DNA of 64,000 nt, taken from the NCBI GenBank assembly GCA_965221775.1, contig CBDCSU010000006.1, forward strand, positions 1,120,001-1,184,000. The letters are read 5' to 3'. Under the pieces are notes generated by a model. The model was not told the origin of the DNA, searched no databases, and saw only the letters and a program-made list of their open reading frames with translations. Each line of letters opens with the position of its first letter. The first letter of the stretch is position 1. Source of the stretch: Candidatus Latescibacterota bacterium. Lineage in GTDB: Bacteria > Latescibacterota > UBA2968 > UBA8231. A program made the position numbers and the translations under genes. Below are positions 1 to 9,378 of this stretch, one piece after another.

Positions 1-552
1 AACGCCGCCATCCGTTCCTACAACACCGTGGCCGAAGCCAGCGAGGAGAGCTGGGACACCATCTGGGCGGTGAACGTCAAGGGCTACGCCTTCTGCGCCA
101 GGGCCGCGATCCCCTTCCTGCGCCGGAGCGGCAAGGGCAGCATCGTCAACATCGCCTCCAACAGCGCCGTGATCGCGAGCCGCAACGCGGTGCAGTACGA
201 CACCACCAAGGCGGCGGTCACGGGCCTGACCCGCGCCATGGCCCTGGACCATGCCGAAGATGGGATCCGGGTCAACGCCCTCTGCCCGGGACCGACCTTC
301 ACCCCCTTCCATGAGCGGCGAGCCGCCGCGGCCGGGATGACCCCCGGCTCGTTCAAGGAAGAGGTCGGACGCGCCACCATGCTCGGCCGGCCGGCCCGGC
401 CCGAGGAGATCGCCGCCTGCGTCCTGTTCCTCGCTTCCGACGACGCCTCCTTCGTCACCGGCACCTGCCTCTTCGCCGACGGCGGCGAGACCTCCATGGG
501 CAGCAACCGAGCACTGGGTTCCCCGGAGCGGGACCGCCGGGACGACGGCTGA
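1..552 (+). CDS. SDR-family NAD(P)-dependent oxidoreductase (5' truncated by window)
   Basis: Frame is open from base 1 (NAAIRSYNTVAEAS...). Contains the catalytic YxxxK (YDTTK), IVNIAS, IRVNALCPG and a C-terminal FLASDDASFVTG..ADGG typical of classical SDRs. Confidence 0.92.
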   Translation, partial: NAAIRSYNTVAEASEESWDTIWAVNVKGYAFCARAAIPFLRRSGKGSIVNIASNSAVIASRNAVQYDTTKAAVTGLTRAMALDHAEDGIRVNALCPGPTFTPFHERRAAAAGMTPGSFKEEVGRATMLGRPARPEEIAACVLFLASDDASFVTGTCLFADGGETSMGSNRALGSPERDRRDDG

Positions 553-648
553 TCCGGCCCAGAAACAGTGGCCGCCCAGGAGGAGGCTGGCGTCGAGGTC
601 GCCTACTCTGGAGAGGACGGTGCCGCAGGCGATGGTGGGCCCTCAGGT

Positions 649-678
649 GTTGACAGGGTTGTCAACGCTCGCTATCTC
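649..678 (+). promoter_or_regulatory. sigma70-like promoter with a palindromic operator over the -35 box, upstream of the HTH-MTase
   Basis: Perfect 7-4-7 inverted repeat GTTGACA-gggt-TGTCAAC (649-666) contains TTGACA (650-655). An imperfect -10, TATCTC, lies 17 bp downstream at 673-678. The GTG start follows at 687 with no SD. Confidence 0.6.
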
Positions 679-686
679 TGCTGACT

Positions 687-3164
687 GTGACTCTGGGCCC
701 TTACATACGAGAGCTTCGCCAGCGCAGCCGATTGAGCCTGCGACAGTTGGCGCGCCGGTCCGGTGTAGATGTTGCTCACCTGTCCAGAGTGGAGGCAGGA
801 GTCTCCCCGGCATCCGATCAACTCTTGAGGTCCCTCGAGAGGATTCTCTCCACGCCGGAGGGGGAACTGACACTTCTGGCGGGAAAGGCTCCTTCTGCCT
901 TGAGACGTCTGGCAGAACGAGATCCGCGCAAGGCGAGTCTGGCGGTCGCAGAAACGATTGGGGCTCTCGTCAGCGAACAGTCCGTGGAATACACCCCCGG
1001 CGCTCCGCCCTCCCGAAGGCTGATCGAGGACGGTTTCCCCTTCGATGCGGTGAGCGAAGTCGCCGAAATGGAGAGTTGGCGCAAAGAGATCAACCGGCCG
1101 ATATACCACATGCACAAGTGGTGGGCCCAACGTCTCGGGTCCGTTTTCCGCGCAGCCGTGATAGGCGGAGTGCTGCCCGCTGGAGCTGGCAGTGTCGATC
1201 TCCTGTACGCCCCGTTCAGGTTTCCCGGGATAACTGTGTACGACCCCTTCATGGGCAGCGGCACAACCATCGGCGAAGCACACAAGCTCGGATGCAAAGT
1301 CATCGGGCGCGACATCAATCCGGTCGCCGTGCGCACCGTCGGGGCAGCACTTGGGAAGGCCTCCAGGAACGGTGTCCTTGACTTGTACAATCAACTGGAG
1401 AGCATTGTCGGGCAGCGTATCCGCAATCTCTACAGGAGACCTGAACCCAGAGGGAGTTCCCACGAGGTTCTGTATTTCTTCTGGGTAAAGTACCTGGCGT
1501 GCCCAGGATGCGGCCACGACGTCGATCTCTTCTCGACCTACACCTTTGCAGGTCATGCATATCCGAAGAGGAACCCGAGGACCCATTCTCTCTGCCCGTA
1601 CTGCGGAGAAGTGAATGAGGGCAGTTACGACTCCAAATCGGTCTTGTGCCGCGCCTGTGGAAGAGGCATGGATCCAAGTCAGGGTCCGGTACACAGAGAC
1701 AAGGCAACCTGCCCGGCCTGCCATACCTCTTTCCGGATCGCCCCCACCGCGCGTCAGCAGGGTCACCCGCCCAAGCATCGTCTGTACGCGAAGCTCGTTC
1801 TCTCCGAAGATGGAGAAAAGCGCTATCTGCGAGCGGACGAGGCAGAAACGGATCACTACCGGGCGGCCCAAGGCGAGCTTGCCGACAGCGGGGAGGTCCC
1901 ATCGTTCGGCGAGATAGAGGCCGGATACAACACCAACCAAGTCCTCAACTACGGCTATTGCGAGTGGTCGCAGTTCTTCAATGACAGGCAGTTGCTGGCC
2001 CTGTGCACGCTGGCCCGGGGGATCATGTCACTGCCACAAGGCCCCGAGCGCGAAGTACTGGAGATCCTGTTCTCGGGGACATTGGAGTTCAACAACATGT
2101 TCGCGTCCTACAAGGGTGAGGGCACAGGCGCGGTCCGGCACATGTTCGCCCACCACGTCCTCAAACCAGAGCGCACGCCATTGGAAGCGAATGTATGGGG
2201 GACCTCCAGGAGTTCGGGCTCATTCTCGACCCTGTTCAAGTCCAGGGTATTGCGGGCTTTCGAGTACAAGGAGAATCCCTTCGAGGTCGCCGTAGAGGCT
2301 GGAGAGCCCCGCAGAAGGGGCCGCAAGGTCTTTGGAATCAGCCCTCCCATGGGCGGCAGGGTTCACAAGCGCTATCCGAGGAAGGGACTCCCGGACGGCG
2401 GCATCTACATCTCCTGTGGGGACTCCGCAAGGACCGACCTGCCCGATGGCAGCGTTGATCTGGTGGTCACGGATCCGCCCTTCTTCGACAATGTCCACTA
2501 CTCCGAACTCGCGGATTTCTTCCATGTGTGGCAACAAGCATACTTTCCCGGAAGCGGTCGAAGCAGGCAATTGACCACGCGCAGTGTCAAGGAAGTTCAG
2601 GACACTGACGCCGTAGAGTTTTGCACGAAACTTGCCGGGGTATTTTCGGAGTGCAACAGAGTTCTCAAGGACACCGGCCTCTTGATCTTCAGCTATCACC
2701 ATTCGCGGAATGACGGTTGGATGGCGGTCGCCGAGGCGGTAAAACGGGGTGGTTTCTCGATCGTCAGCGCACAGCCCGTGAAGGCCGAGATGGCTGTGGC
2801 GATGCCCAAGAATCAGGCCAGGAGTCCCATCAACATCGACGTCCTGCTGACGTGCAAGAAAGAGGCCTTCGACAACCGCAGCATCGTGGATGACCGGAGG
2901 GCCTTCAGACAGGCTATCGAGAGTTGCGAACTGAAAGTGAATCGATTCAATGCTTCCGGCAGGCTTCTGTCGTACAACGACATACGGGTCGTGCTCTTCA
3001 GTGAACTCATGGTTGCCCTGTCGTGCGGCCGTGGTCCGTCGGAACTCGCCACACGCCTCTCCGATCTACCAAGTCCGGACTCGGTCATCGAACGGATCTG
3101 GACCCGTCAAACGCAGGTGGAGAGCTCCACCGAAGAAGAAACCACACAGCTTGAGCTACTTTGA
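687..3164 (+). CDS. XRE-HTH-fused amino-DNA methyltransferase with Zn-ribbons (DUF1156/COG1743-like)
   Basis: N-terminal XRE HTH (LGPYIRELRQRSRLSLRQLARRSGVDVAHLSRVEAG), HKWWAQR, SAM motif DPFMGSGTT, four CxxC pairs, catalytic TDPPFFDNVHYSELADFF. Confidence 0.88.
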   Translation: MTLGPYIRELRQRSRLSLRQLARRSGVDVAHLSRVEAGVSPASDQLLRSLERILSTPEGELTLLAGKAPSALRRLAERDPRKASLAVAETIGALVSEQSVEYTPGAPPSRRLIEDGFPFDAVSEVAEMESWRKEINRPIYHMHKWWAQRLGSVFRAAVIGGVLPAGAGSVDLLYAPFRFPGITVYDPFMGSGTTIGEAHKLGCKVIGRDINPVAVRTVGAALGKASRNGVLDLYNQLESIVGQRIRNLYRRPEPRGSSHEVLYFFWVKYLACPGCGHDVDLFSTYTFAGHAYPKRNPRTHSLCPYCGEVNEGSYDSKSVLCRACGRGMDPSQGPVHRDKATCPACHTSFRIAPTARQQGHPPKHRLYAKLVLSEDGEKRYLRADEAETDHYRAAQGELADSGEVPSFGEIEAGYNTNQVLNYGYCEWSQFFNDRQLLALCTLARGIMSLPQGPEREVLEILFSGTLEFNNMFASYKGEGTGAVRHMFAHHVLKPERTPLEANVWGTSRSSGSFSTLFKSRVLRAFEYKENPFEVAVEAGEPRRRGRKVFGISPPMGGRVHKRYPRKGLPDGGIYISCGDSARTDLPDGSVDLVVTDPPFFDNVHYSELADFFHVWQQAYFPGSGRSRQLTTRSVKEVQDTDAVEFCTKLAGVFSECNRVLKDTGLLIFSYHHSRNDGWMAVAEAVKRGGFSIVSAQPVKAEMAVAMPKNQARSPINIDVLLTCKKEAFDNRSIVDDRRAFRQAIESCELKVNRFNASGRLLSYNDIRVVLFSELMVALSCGRGPSELATRLSDLPSPDSVIERIWTRQTQVESSTEEETTQLELL

Positions 3165-4046
3165 TGCTACCTGAAAGGGCAACACAAACCGACCCCGAGG
3201 CCGCGTCCTCTCGTCCCGTTCGGGAGTCGGGAAGGGATCGACCAGTAGTTCGCATTCCGGATCACCCGGAGTGTCTTGAGGGAATCGGTAGCAACTGAAG
3301 GCTTCTGCAAGGCCGGCCTTCGCCGTGCGCCTGATTTCGTACACCTTCCGGAGATCCTCGGTCTCGTATTCAAGCAAGGGGGATCGATGGATGAGGCTGA
3401 CGCAGCGATCCAGCTCGGGCGCCCCCAATGGGTTGGCGAAGATGAGCATCGGGCGTTGCCTGTCAGCTCCGTCACCATAGGTTCCCAACCCAATGGCCTT
3501 CTGTCGTTCCCCTACGATCCGCAGATAGAGTTCGAAGTCAGCGTTGAGCAGATCGCCGTCAGCCAAGGCCAGGGAAGTCAGCTTGGACGTGCCTTCACCG
3601 TCCCCATCCTCCAGACAGACAAACAGGTAGAAGCCCCGAATATCTACCGGCTGGTGGGCCGCGTCGTAGACCCTGACTTTCCCACACGGCGGAGTTGTGT
3701 TGTAATCGAGGCCCGACGGCCGGGCGACGGACCCTCCGCGTGTGCGCTCAAGCTTCTTTACCTCGATACCTACTATCGTGGATGAGTCGAGGATTTCCGC
3801 TTCGCCCGGCTTGCCCTTGAGGCGGCTCGGGCGATAGGCGACCATGTCGGGCGTTGTAAGCGGGCCGGGTGCTTCCACCACGGTCAACCCCGGTATGAGG
3901 GTTAGTACATCGCGGGCGATGAATCGATCCAGCGGATCATCCTGGCTATTGCCCTTGGGCGGCAACTCGAAGGATAGGGGGCTGCCATCGTGGCCAAAGA
4001 AGGCGCGACGGAGTGATCGAAATGCCTCAACGGCAATACAAGACAT
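3156..4046 (-). CDS. putative type II restriction endonuclease (PD-(D/E)xK fold)
   Basis: Start reassigned to ATG 4046 (MSCIAVEAF), which overlaps the upstream stop as TGATG. Has TTPDMV...GIEVKK and is convergent with the MTase, with a 9-nt overlap of the 3' ends. Confidence 0.65.
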   Translation of the reverse strand: MSCIAVEAFRSLRRAFFGHDGSPLSFELPPKGNSQDDPLDRFIARDVLTLIPGLTVVEAPGPLTTPDMVAYRPSRLKGKPGEAEILDSSTIVGIEVKKLERTRGGSVARPSGLDYNTTPPCGKVRVYDAAHQPVDIRGFYLFVCLEDGDGEGTSKLTSLALADGDLLNADFELYLRIVGERQKAIGLGTYGDGADRQRPMLIFANPLGAPELDRCVSLIHRSPLLEYETEDLRKVYEIRRTAKAGLAEAFSCYRFPQDTPGDPECELLVDPFPTPERDERTRPRGRFVLPFQVASK

Positions 4047-4243
4047 CAGTTGGCTTCCTGCCTCTTCCCGGGAGACACCGGATTGTGCTTCGGTCTCCGA
4101 GGCGGAAAGCTCACCAGCCTCTTCCCTTTCATGCTCTGGCGCCTCTGGACATCGTCGAATATGGCATCCCGATCGTGACCGAACTTCGCCGCGTACTCCT
4201 CCCGCAGCTTCCTCGTCTCCTCGACGATTGGATCTCGCTTCAC
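4046..4243 (-). CDS. small 65-aa helical protein (KRDPIVEETRKLREEYAAKFGHD type, usually found beside PIN-domain genes)
   Basis: GTG at 4243 preceded by SD GGAGGAG. Sequence resembles the common DPIVEEVRxIREEHAAKFxYD small proteins. Confidence 0.65.
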   Translation of the reverse strand: MKRDPIVEETRKLREEYAAKFGHDRDAIFDDVQRRQSMKGKRLVSFPPRRPKHNPVSPGKRQEAN

Positions 4244-4302
4244 CTCGCTCCTCCCTTGTCTTGAGTTTTTCGTTGATTTTCCGCTCAAGCAATCCTCCGC
4301 CG

Positions 4303-5274
4303 TCACTCCCGCGGCACCACCACGAAGCCCACCGAATCGGCGGACGCCGAGCCGAAGAGCCCCAGCCCTCCCTCCACCGAGAACAGGGGCCGTTCGAAGT
4401 TGTCCCCCGCCAGTCCGCCGGCATTCCCCCCCTGCTGCTGCTGGTCGGCGTTGGTGCGGGCGTAGTCGAACCAGTTCTGGTCCAGGGCGTAGACCTTCAC
4501 GATGGAGCGCCCGGTGTAGTAGACGGCGAACCACGGCCAGCGCACGACCCCCTCGGTGACCGCCAGGGGCGGCGACTCGTTCCTGCTCGGGTCCTCGTCG
4601 TCATCGTAGAACTCGTCCAGGTCCTCGTTGACCTTCTCCGGGCTCTCGTCCAGGGAGAAGATCCCCGCCTGGTAGCCCGCCGCCTCCGCCGCCTCCAGGT
4701 GGATCTCGAGCACCCCCTCCAGGTAGAGGAGCTGGTTCTCTGGCGCCTCGAAGACCCCGTCGCCGGCCTCGGCAAAGGACTTGAGGGTGCGCATGACCTC
4801 GCCGGTCTCCCAGTCGATGAGCACCGCCTGCCGCACCCGCAGCCGGTCCGGCGTGGTCGTGCGCCCCCACAGGCGCCGCCCCTCCACCTCGACCTCGAGC
4901 TGATACTCGGTCCGGGGCTCGACCCGGGGCGGGTCCGGGGGCGGCAGGTAGCGGCCGGGTTCCTCCGCATCGGCGGCGTACTCGAAGACCCGGTCCCCCT
5001 GGAGGATGCGGACCCGGGCGTCGGCCACGCCCGTCGCTCCGCGGTCGTAGGCGATGTCGGCAGCCAGGCTGCGCCGCACGTACAGCTCGGGCAGGGGCTG
5101 GTCGACCAGCAGCAGGGCGTCGACCACCAGGTCGCTGTCCTCCTCCACCGAGCCGAAGAGACTCCCCGGCTGGCGGTCGGCGGAGCATGCCGCCAGGCAC
5201 AGCAGGAGCAGAAGGCAGAGCCCGGTGAGCGGAATCAACCCGCCGAGCCGTGACGCGAAGGATTGGGGGGTCAT
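4303..5274 (-). CDS. DUF4249-like lipoprotein
   Basis: Signal peptide with lipobox LAAC, C-terminal VEGGLGLFGS motif, directly downstream of a TonB-dependent receptor. Confidence 0.75.
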   Translation of the reverse strand: MTPQSFASRLGGLIPLTGLCLLLLLCLAACSADRQPGSLFGSVEEDSDLVVDALLLVDQPLPELYVRRSLAADIAYDRGATGVADARVRILQGDRVFEYAADAEEPGRYLPPPDPPRVEPRTEYQLEVEVEGRRLWGRTTTPDRLRVRQAVLIDWETGEVMRTLKSFAEAGDGVFEAPENQLLYLEGVLEIHLEAAEAAGYQAGIFSLDESPEKVNEDLDEFYDDDEDPSRNESPPLAVTEGVVRWPWFAVYYTGRSIVKVYALDQNWFDYARTNADQQQQGGNAGGLAGDNFERPLFSVEGGLGLFGSASADSVGFVVVPRE

Positions 5275-5287
5275 CGGTCGACCTGCC

Positions 5288-7579
5288 TTAGAAGACGAAG
5301 TTGAGGCCCAGCGTAGGCACGACGGGCAGCTGCTGGATCACCTCCGCCCGGGTCTCGGCTTCGTCCGTGGAGTACTGGATGAACCATTCGTTGCGCCGGC
5401 TGTAGAGGTTGAAGACCTGCAGGAAGATCTCGGATTCGAGGCCCCAGAGCGTCAGGTCGCGGGTGACGCTGGCGTCGAGGCGGTGGTAGGGCAGCAGGCG
5501 GGCGCTGTTGCGCCGCGACGGCAGCACGTAGTCCTGGACCACGCCGGTGGTCGGCTCGCGCAGCGAGTAGCGCACCGAGGCCGGGGTGAAGGCCTGGCCC
5601 GTGGCGTACACGAGGTTGGAGCCCAGGCGCCACCTCCCGACTTGGTAGGAGACGACGAAGGAGAGGTCGTGGCGGCGGTCGTACTTGGGGGGGAAGGCGC
5701 GCCCCTGGTTCAGCTCTGCGAAGGTGCGCCGCGTCCAGCCCAGGGTGTAGCCCACCCAGCCGGTGAGAGGGCCCGAACGCCGTTGCAGGAACAGCTCGAG
5801 GCCGCGGGCCCAGCCGGTGCCGCCGCTGACGAAGATCTCCTCGGAGTTGCCGGCTTCGCTGTCGGCGGCCACGGCGGTGTCGAGGACCACGAGGTTCGCC
5901 AGGTCCGTGTAGTATCCCTCCACCGTGAACTGCCAGGTCCGCGACGGGTTCCACTCGGCGCCGGCCACTCCCTGCCAGGAGCGCCCCGGCTCGACGCTGT
6001 CGTCCAGGGGCACCCAGCTGTCGCCGCCGGTGAAGCCCTCGGTGGTGATCAGCTGCAGGTACTGGCGGTACATCCCCCCGGCGAACTTGACGCGCACCTT
6101 CTCGGTGAGGGCCCGGCTGAGGGAGAGGCGCGGGGTGAAGTGCAGGCGGCTGCCTTCGCTGAACCAGGCGGCCCGCCCCCCGAGGCGCAGCCGCGTGACC
6201 GGGTCGGGCTCCCACTCGTCCTGCGCGTAGGCCGAGATCAGCACCGAGCCCTGGCGCAGGTCGTCCTGCTCCTCGCCGTTGAAGCTCTGGGCGAAGTGGA
6301 ACCTGTAGAGGGTGGCCAGGAAGCCGAGGGTGAGGGTGTGGTCCCGGTGGGCGAAGTAGTCGAGGTCGCCCTTGAGCGACAGGTCGCGGATGCTGTTGAC
6401 GACGGTGATGGGAGTGTTGAAGACGCTGAAGTCGAGGACGCTCCTGTAGTACGAGCCGGCCGCCATGAAGTGGCCGAAGAGATCGGGCGAGAACACCCGC
6501 GTCCAGCGCGCCGTCACGGCGCGGTTGCCCCAGCGCAGGTCGGCGAAGGACGCCTCCACCTCTTCCTGGTCCGTAGTCACCGTGTCGGCGCTGGACTCCC
6601 CTCCCTCTTCGTCACCGAAGAGGTCGATCCGCAGGTCGTCCTGGCCCATGTAGGTGCTCAGGGTGAAGGTGTCATCGCCGCGGCGCTGGTTGATCTTGCC
6701 GTTGAAGTCGTAGAAGTAGTAGCTGAGAGGGATGTCGACGTCGAAGGCGCGGACGGCGCCGAAGACGGGCTCCAGGTAGGTGCGGCGGCCGGCCGCCATC
6801 CACGAGCCGCCATCCACCGGCCCCTCGGCCAGCAGGCGGCTGGAGATGAGGCTGATGCCGCCGCGGCCGCTGAAGCGCTGCCGGTTGCCCTCGCGGTTGG
6901 CCACGTCGAGGACGGCCCCGAGGGTGCGCCCGTACTTCGCCGGGTAGGCCCCCTTGTAGAGCTGCACGTCCTTGATGGCGTCGGGGTTGAAGGTGGAGAA
7001 GAACCCGAAGAGGTGGGAGGGGTTGTAGAGAGGGATGTGGTCGAGGAGGATGGCCGTCTGGTCCGGACCGCCGCCGCGCACGTAGAGACCGCTGGTGAGG
7101 TCGGAGGCGGACTGGATGCCGGGCAGCAGCTGCAGGCTGCGCAGCAGGTCGGCCTCACCCATGGCCGGCATCTGCTGAAGGGGCTCCACCTGGAGCGCGA
7201 TGAAGCTGCTCTGGGTGGCCTGTTCCTCCTCCTCCTCGCGCTCGGCCTCGACGACGACCGCCTCCTCGCGGATCGGCTGCCAGGTCAGGGACCAGTCCCG
7301 GCGGATGTCGACCCCGGCCTCGAAGCGCAGCGTGTCCCGGAGGGTCTCGTATCCGATGTAGGAGGCGGTGACCACGTACTCGCCGTCCGGCACCTGCTTG
7401 ACGGCGTAGTAGCCGCTGCTGTTGCTGGTCGCCCCCATGCGGACCCCCTCCAGGACCACCGCCGCCAAGGGCAGGGCCTCGCCGTTGTCGGCGTCGGCCA
7501 CGAATCCGCTCAGGGTGCCCGCCCGGGCGGCGCCGGCGGCCAGCAGCCAGAGCGCGGGTATGCTTGCGATCGCTCTCAA
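5288..7579 (-). CDS. TonB-dependent receptor with N-terminal carboxypeptidase-regulatory-like domain
   Basis: Signal peptide, TLSGFVADADNGEALP, plug motif GEADLLRSLQLLPGIQ...GLYVRGGGPDQ, YHRLD, C-terminal Phe. Confidence 0.92.
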   Translation of the reverse strand: MRAIASIPALWLLAAGAARAGTLSGFVADADNGEALPLAAVVLEGVRMGATSNSSGYYAVKQVPDGEYVVTASYIGYETLRDTLRFEAGVDIRRDWSLTWQPIREEAVVVEAEREEEEEQATQSSFIALQVEPLQQMPAMGEADLLRSLQLLPGIQSASDLTSGLYVRGGGPDQTAILLDHIPLYNPSHLFGFFSTFNPDAIKDVQLYKGAYPAKYGRTLGAVLDVANREGNRQRFSGRGGISLISSRLLAEGPVDGGSWMAAGRRTYLEPVFGAVRAFDVDIPLSYYFYDFNGKINQRRGDDTFTLSTYMGQDDLRIDLFGDEEGGESSADTVTTDQEEVEASFADLRWGNRAVTARWTRVFSPDLFGHFMAAGSYYRSVLDFSVFNTPITVVNSIRDLSLKGDLDYFAHRDHTLTLGFLATLYRFHFAQSFNGEEQDDLRQGSVLISAYAQDEWEPDPVTRLRLGGRAAWFSEGSRLHFTPRLSLSRALTEKVRVKFAGGMYRQYLQLITTEGFTGGDSWVPLDDSVEPGRSWQGVAGAEWNPSRTWQFTVEGYYTDLANLVVLDTAVAADSEAGNSEEIFVSGGTGWARGLELFLQRRSGPLTGWVGYTLGWTRRTFAELNQGRAFPPKYDRRHDLSFVVSYQVGRWRLGSNLVYATGQAFTPASVRYSLREPTTGVVQDYVLPSRRNSARLLPYHRLDASVTRDLTLWGLESEIFLQVFNLYSRRNEWFIQYSTDEAETRAEVIQQLPVVPTLGLNFVF

Positions 7580-7639
7580 TCCATCTCCGGAAGCAGTGGC
7601 CCGGACAGGGCCAGGGGCGGTGGGTTCCTCCGCCGGGAC

Positions 7640-7960
7640 CTACTCGGAAGCCAGGGCTTCCTCGATCCAGGTGAAGCAGGCCACGGCCGCGGGCATGCCG
7701 ATGGTGCCGGCCGCCAGGGCCACCACCTGCTCCACCTCCTCCCGGGAGATGCCCATGTCCGCGGCCTTGCGGACCCCCGAGCGCACGGCGCCGGTGCGCA
7801 TGGCGCCCATGGCGATGCCGAGCTTGACCAGTCGGCAGGTGCGGGCGTCCAGGGGGCCCTCCTGGCCGGCCTCGCCGATCAGGTCCCAGGCCTTGCCCAG
7901 CTTGGGGTAGCGGCCGACGAAATCGCGGTAGGTCTTGGGAGGTCTGCTGGCGTTGGACAC
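7640..7960 (-). CDS. carboxymuconolactone decarboxylase (AhpD-like) family protein
   Basis: GPLDARTCRLVKLGIA...GISREEVEQVVALAAGTIGMP, typical 106-aa size. Confidence 0.8.
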   Translation of the reverse strand: MSNASRPPKTYRDFVGRYPKLGKAWDLIGEAGQEGPLDARTCRLVKLGIAMGAMRTGAVRSGVRKAADMGISREEVEQVVALAAGTIGMPAAVACFTWIEEALASE

Positions 7961-8056
7961 GGGATCATCCTCGTTCGGGGGGAACCCAACAAAGCACGGT
8001 CTCGGCTTGATTCCGGTCCAGGCCCGGAACCTCCCGGGCGGGCGGCCTTCGAGGCC

Positions 8057-9142
8057 CTACCGGGCGCCGATCTTCTCCAGGTACTCGACCTGCTTCCTGC
8101 GCTTCTGCTCGCGGCCCACGGCCAGCGCCGTGCGGCCGGCGCGGTCCCTGGCGTTCACCTCGACTCCGTAGTCGACGAGCATCTTCAGCATCTCTACGCG
8201 GCACCCGTAGCGCACGGCCGCGTGCAGGGCCGTCTCGCCGTCGGCGCTGCCGATGTCGTTGGGGTCGACCCCGTTCTCCAGGAACCAGCGCGCGCCGTGG
8301 AGGCTGCGGCCGTGCATGCAGCAGCCCAGGGGCGTGTAGCCGCCGTGATGCTCGGTCCCGCGCTGATCGTTGAGGTCGACGCCGCGCTCGACGAGCAGGT
8401 CGAGGACGTCCCAGGCCCGGTCCTGGGCGGCGTGGTTGAGGGTGTCGCCGTCCCGAATCTCCCCGCCGGCGTCGAGCAGGTAGCGGACCAGCTCCAGGTT
8501 CTTCGAGTGGATCGCCGGATCGACCCCGTCGTCGAGCGGCGCCCCTGCCTCGACCAGGGCCCGCGCCACGGCCACGTAGCTCCGCGGCCCGGCGCCGGAG
8601 CCTGCGGGCCGGGACTCGGCGCAGTAGCGCAGGGGCGTCCAGCCGTTGGCCTCGTCGGCGGCGGTGGCCAGGGCGGGGTCCTTCTTCAGCAGGGTCCCGA
8701 CCCGCCGCGTGTCGGCCATGACGCAGGCGTTGTAGATGTCGTTGGTGGTGCGCCCTTTCAGCAGCGGCACGAACTGGGCCTCGCCGCCGCGCACGGCCAG
8801 CGCCAGGGGCGTCAGCTGCCAGTGGGACCCGCGCCCGTCGGGGTCGGCGCCGTGCTCCAGCAGAAGCTCCGCCAGCTCCACGTGGCGGGGTCCGCGGGGC
8901 TCCGACTGCTTGTGCTCCACCGTGCGGTGCAGGGGCCGGTAGTGGTGGGCGGACTTCGACTTGATGTTCGGGTCGGCGCCGTGCTCCAGCAGCCAGGCCA
9001 CCACCTCCACCTGGGCCAGGTAGCAGGCGTCCATGATCGGCTGCCAGTCCCGCGCCAGGGGCGGGTCGGCCTCGACCATGGCCCTCACCTTCTTCAGGTC
9101 GCCGGCGGCGGCCGCCAGGGCCAGCTTTTTTGCGGGTCTCAT
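8057..9142 (-). CDS. ankyrin repeat protein
   Basis: Repeated xPL/xAL-H-A...LLEHGADPN units (GWTPLRYCA, GYTPLGCC, GETALHAAV, GRTALAVG). Confidence 0.92.
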   Translation of the reverse strand: MRPAKKLALAAAAGDLKKVRAMVEADPPLARDWQPIMDACYLAQVEVVAWLLEHGADPNIKSKSAHHYRPLHRTVEHKQSEPRGPRHVELAELLLEHGADPDGRGSHWQLTPLALAVRGGEAQFVPLLKGRTTNDIYNACVMADTRRVGTLLKKDPALATAADEANGWTPLRYCAESRPAGSGAGPRSYVAVARALVEAGAPLDDGVDPAIHSKNLELVRYLLDAGGEIRDGDTLNHAAQDRAWDVLDLLVERGVDLNDQRGTEHHGGYTPLGCCMHGRSLHGARWFLENGVDPNDIGSADGETALHAAVRYGCRVEMLKMLVDYGVEVNARDRAGRTALAVGREQKRRKQVEYLEKIGAR

Positions 9143-9378
9143 GTGTGCCGTTCCTCCATGCCTCCGTGAGCTTCAGCCACCGGGGCTCCTTCCCCCTCGC
9201 CGTCCAGGCCGGCGCCTAAGGTTGCCACCGACCCGCCGGCGTGCAACATTCCGGGCCCCATGACTCGCACCCTCGGCTGCCGGCCCACCACCCCGACCGG
9301 CCCCTGGACGGCCCGCCGCGGGGAGGTCGTTCTCCGCGGCGAGACCCCGCGGAATCCGTGCCGGCGGAGGTTTCTGCC

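Noticed and set aside
3156-4424. 422-aa version of the nuclease ORF
   Set aside because: The first 126 codons overlap the DUF4249 gene end and the small 65-aa gene. ATG 4046 is the coupled start.
5054-9169. 1371-aa plus-strand ORF (similar giants at 31624-36708, 44339-48298, 56666-59992 and 62037-63998)
   Set aside because: Antisense or off-frame shadows of well-supported genes. Stop codons are rare in high-GC DNA, and the translations are low-complexity with no motifs.
9143-9378. GC-rich hairpins suggesting a riboswitch or ncRNA
   Set aside because: No recognisable conserved motif. Such stems are expected by chance at this GC content, and an Rfam search would be needed.
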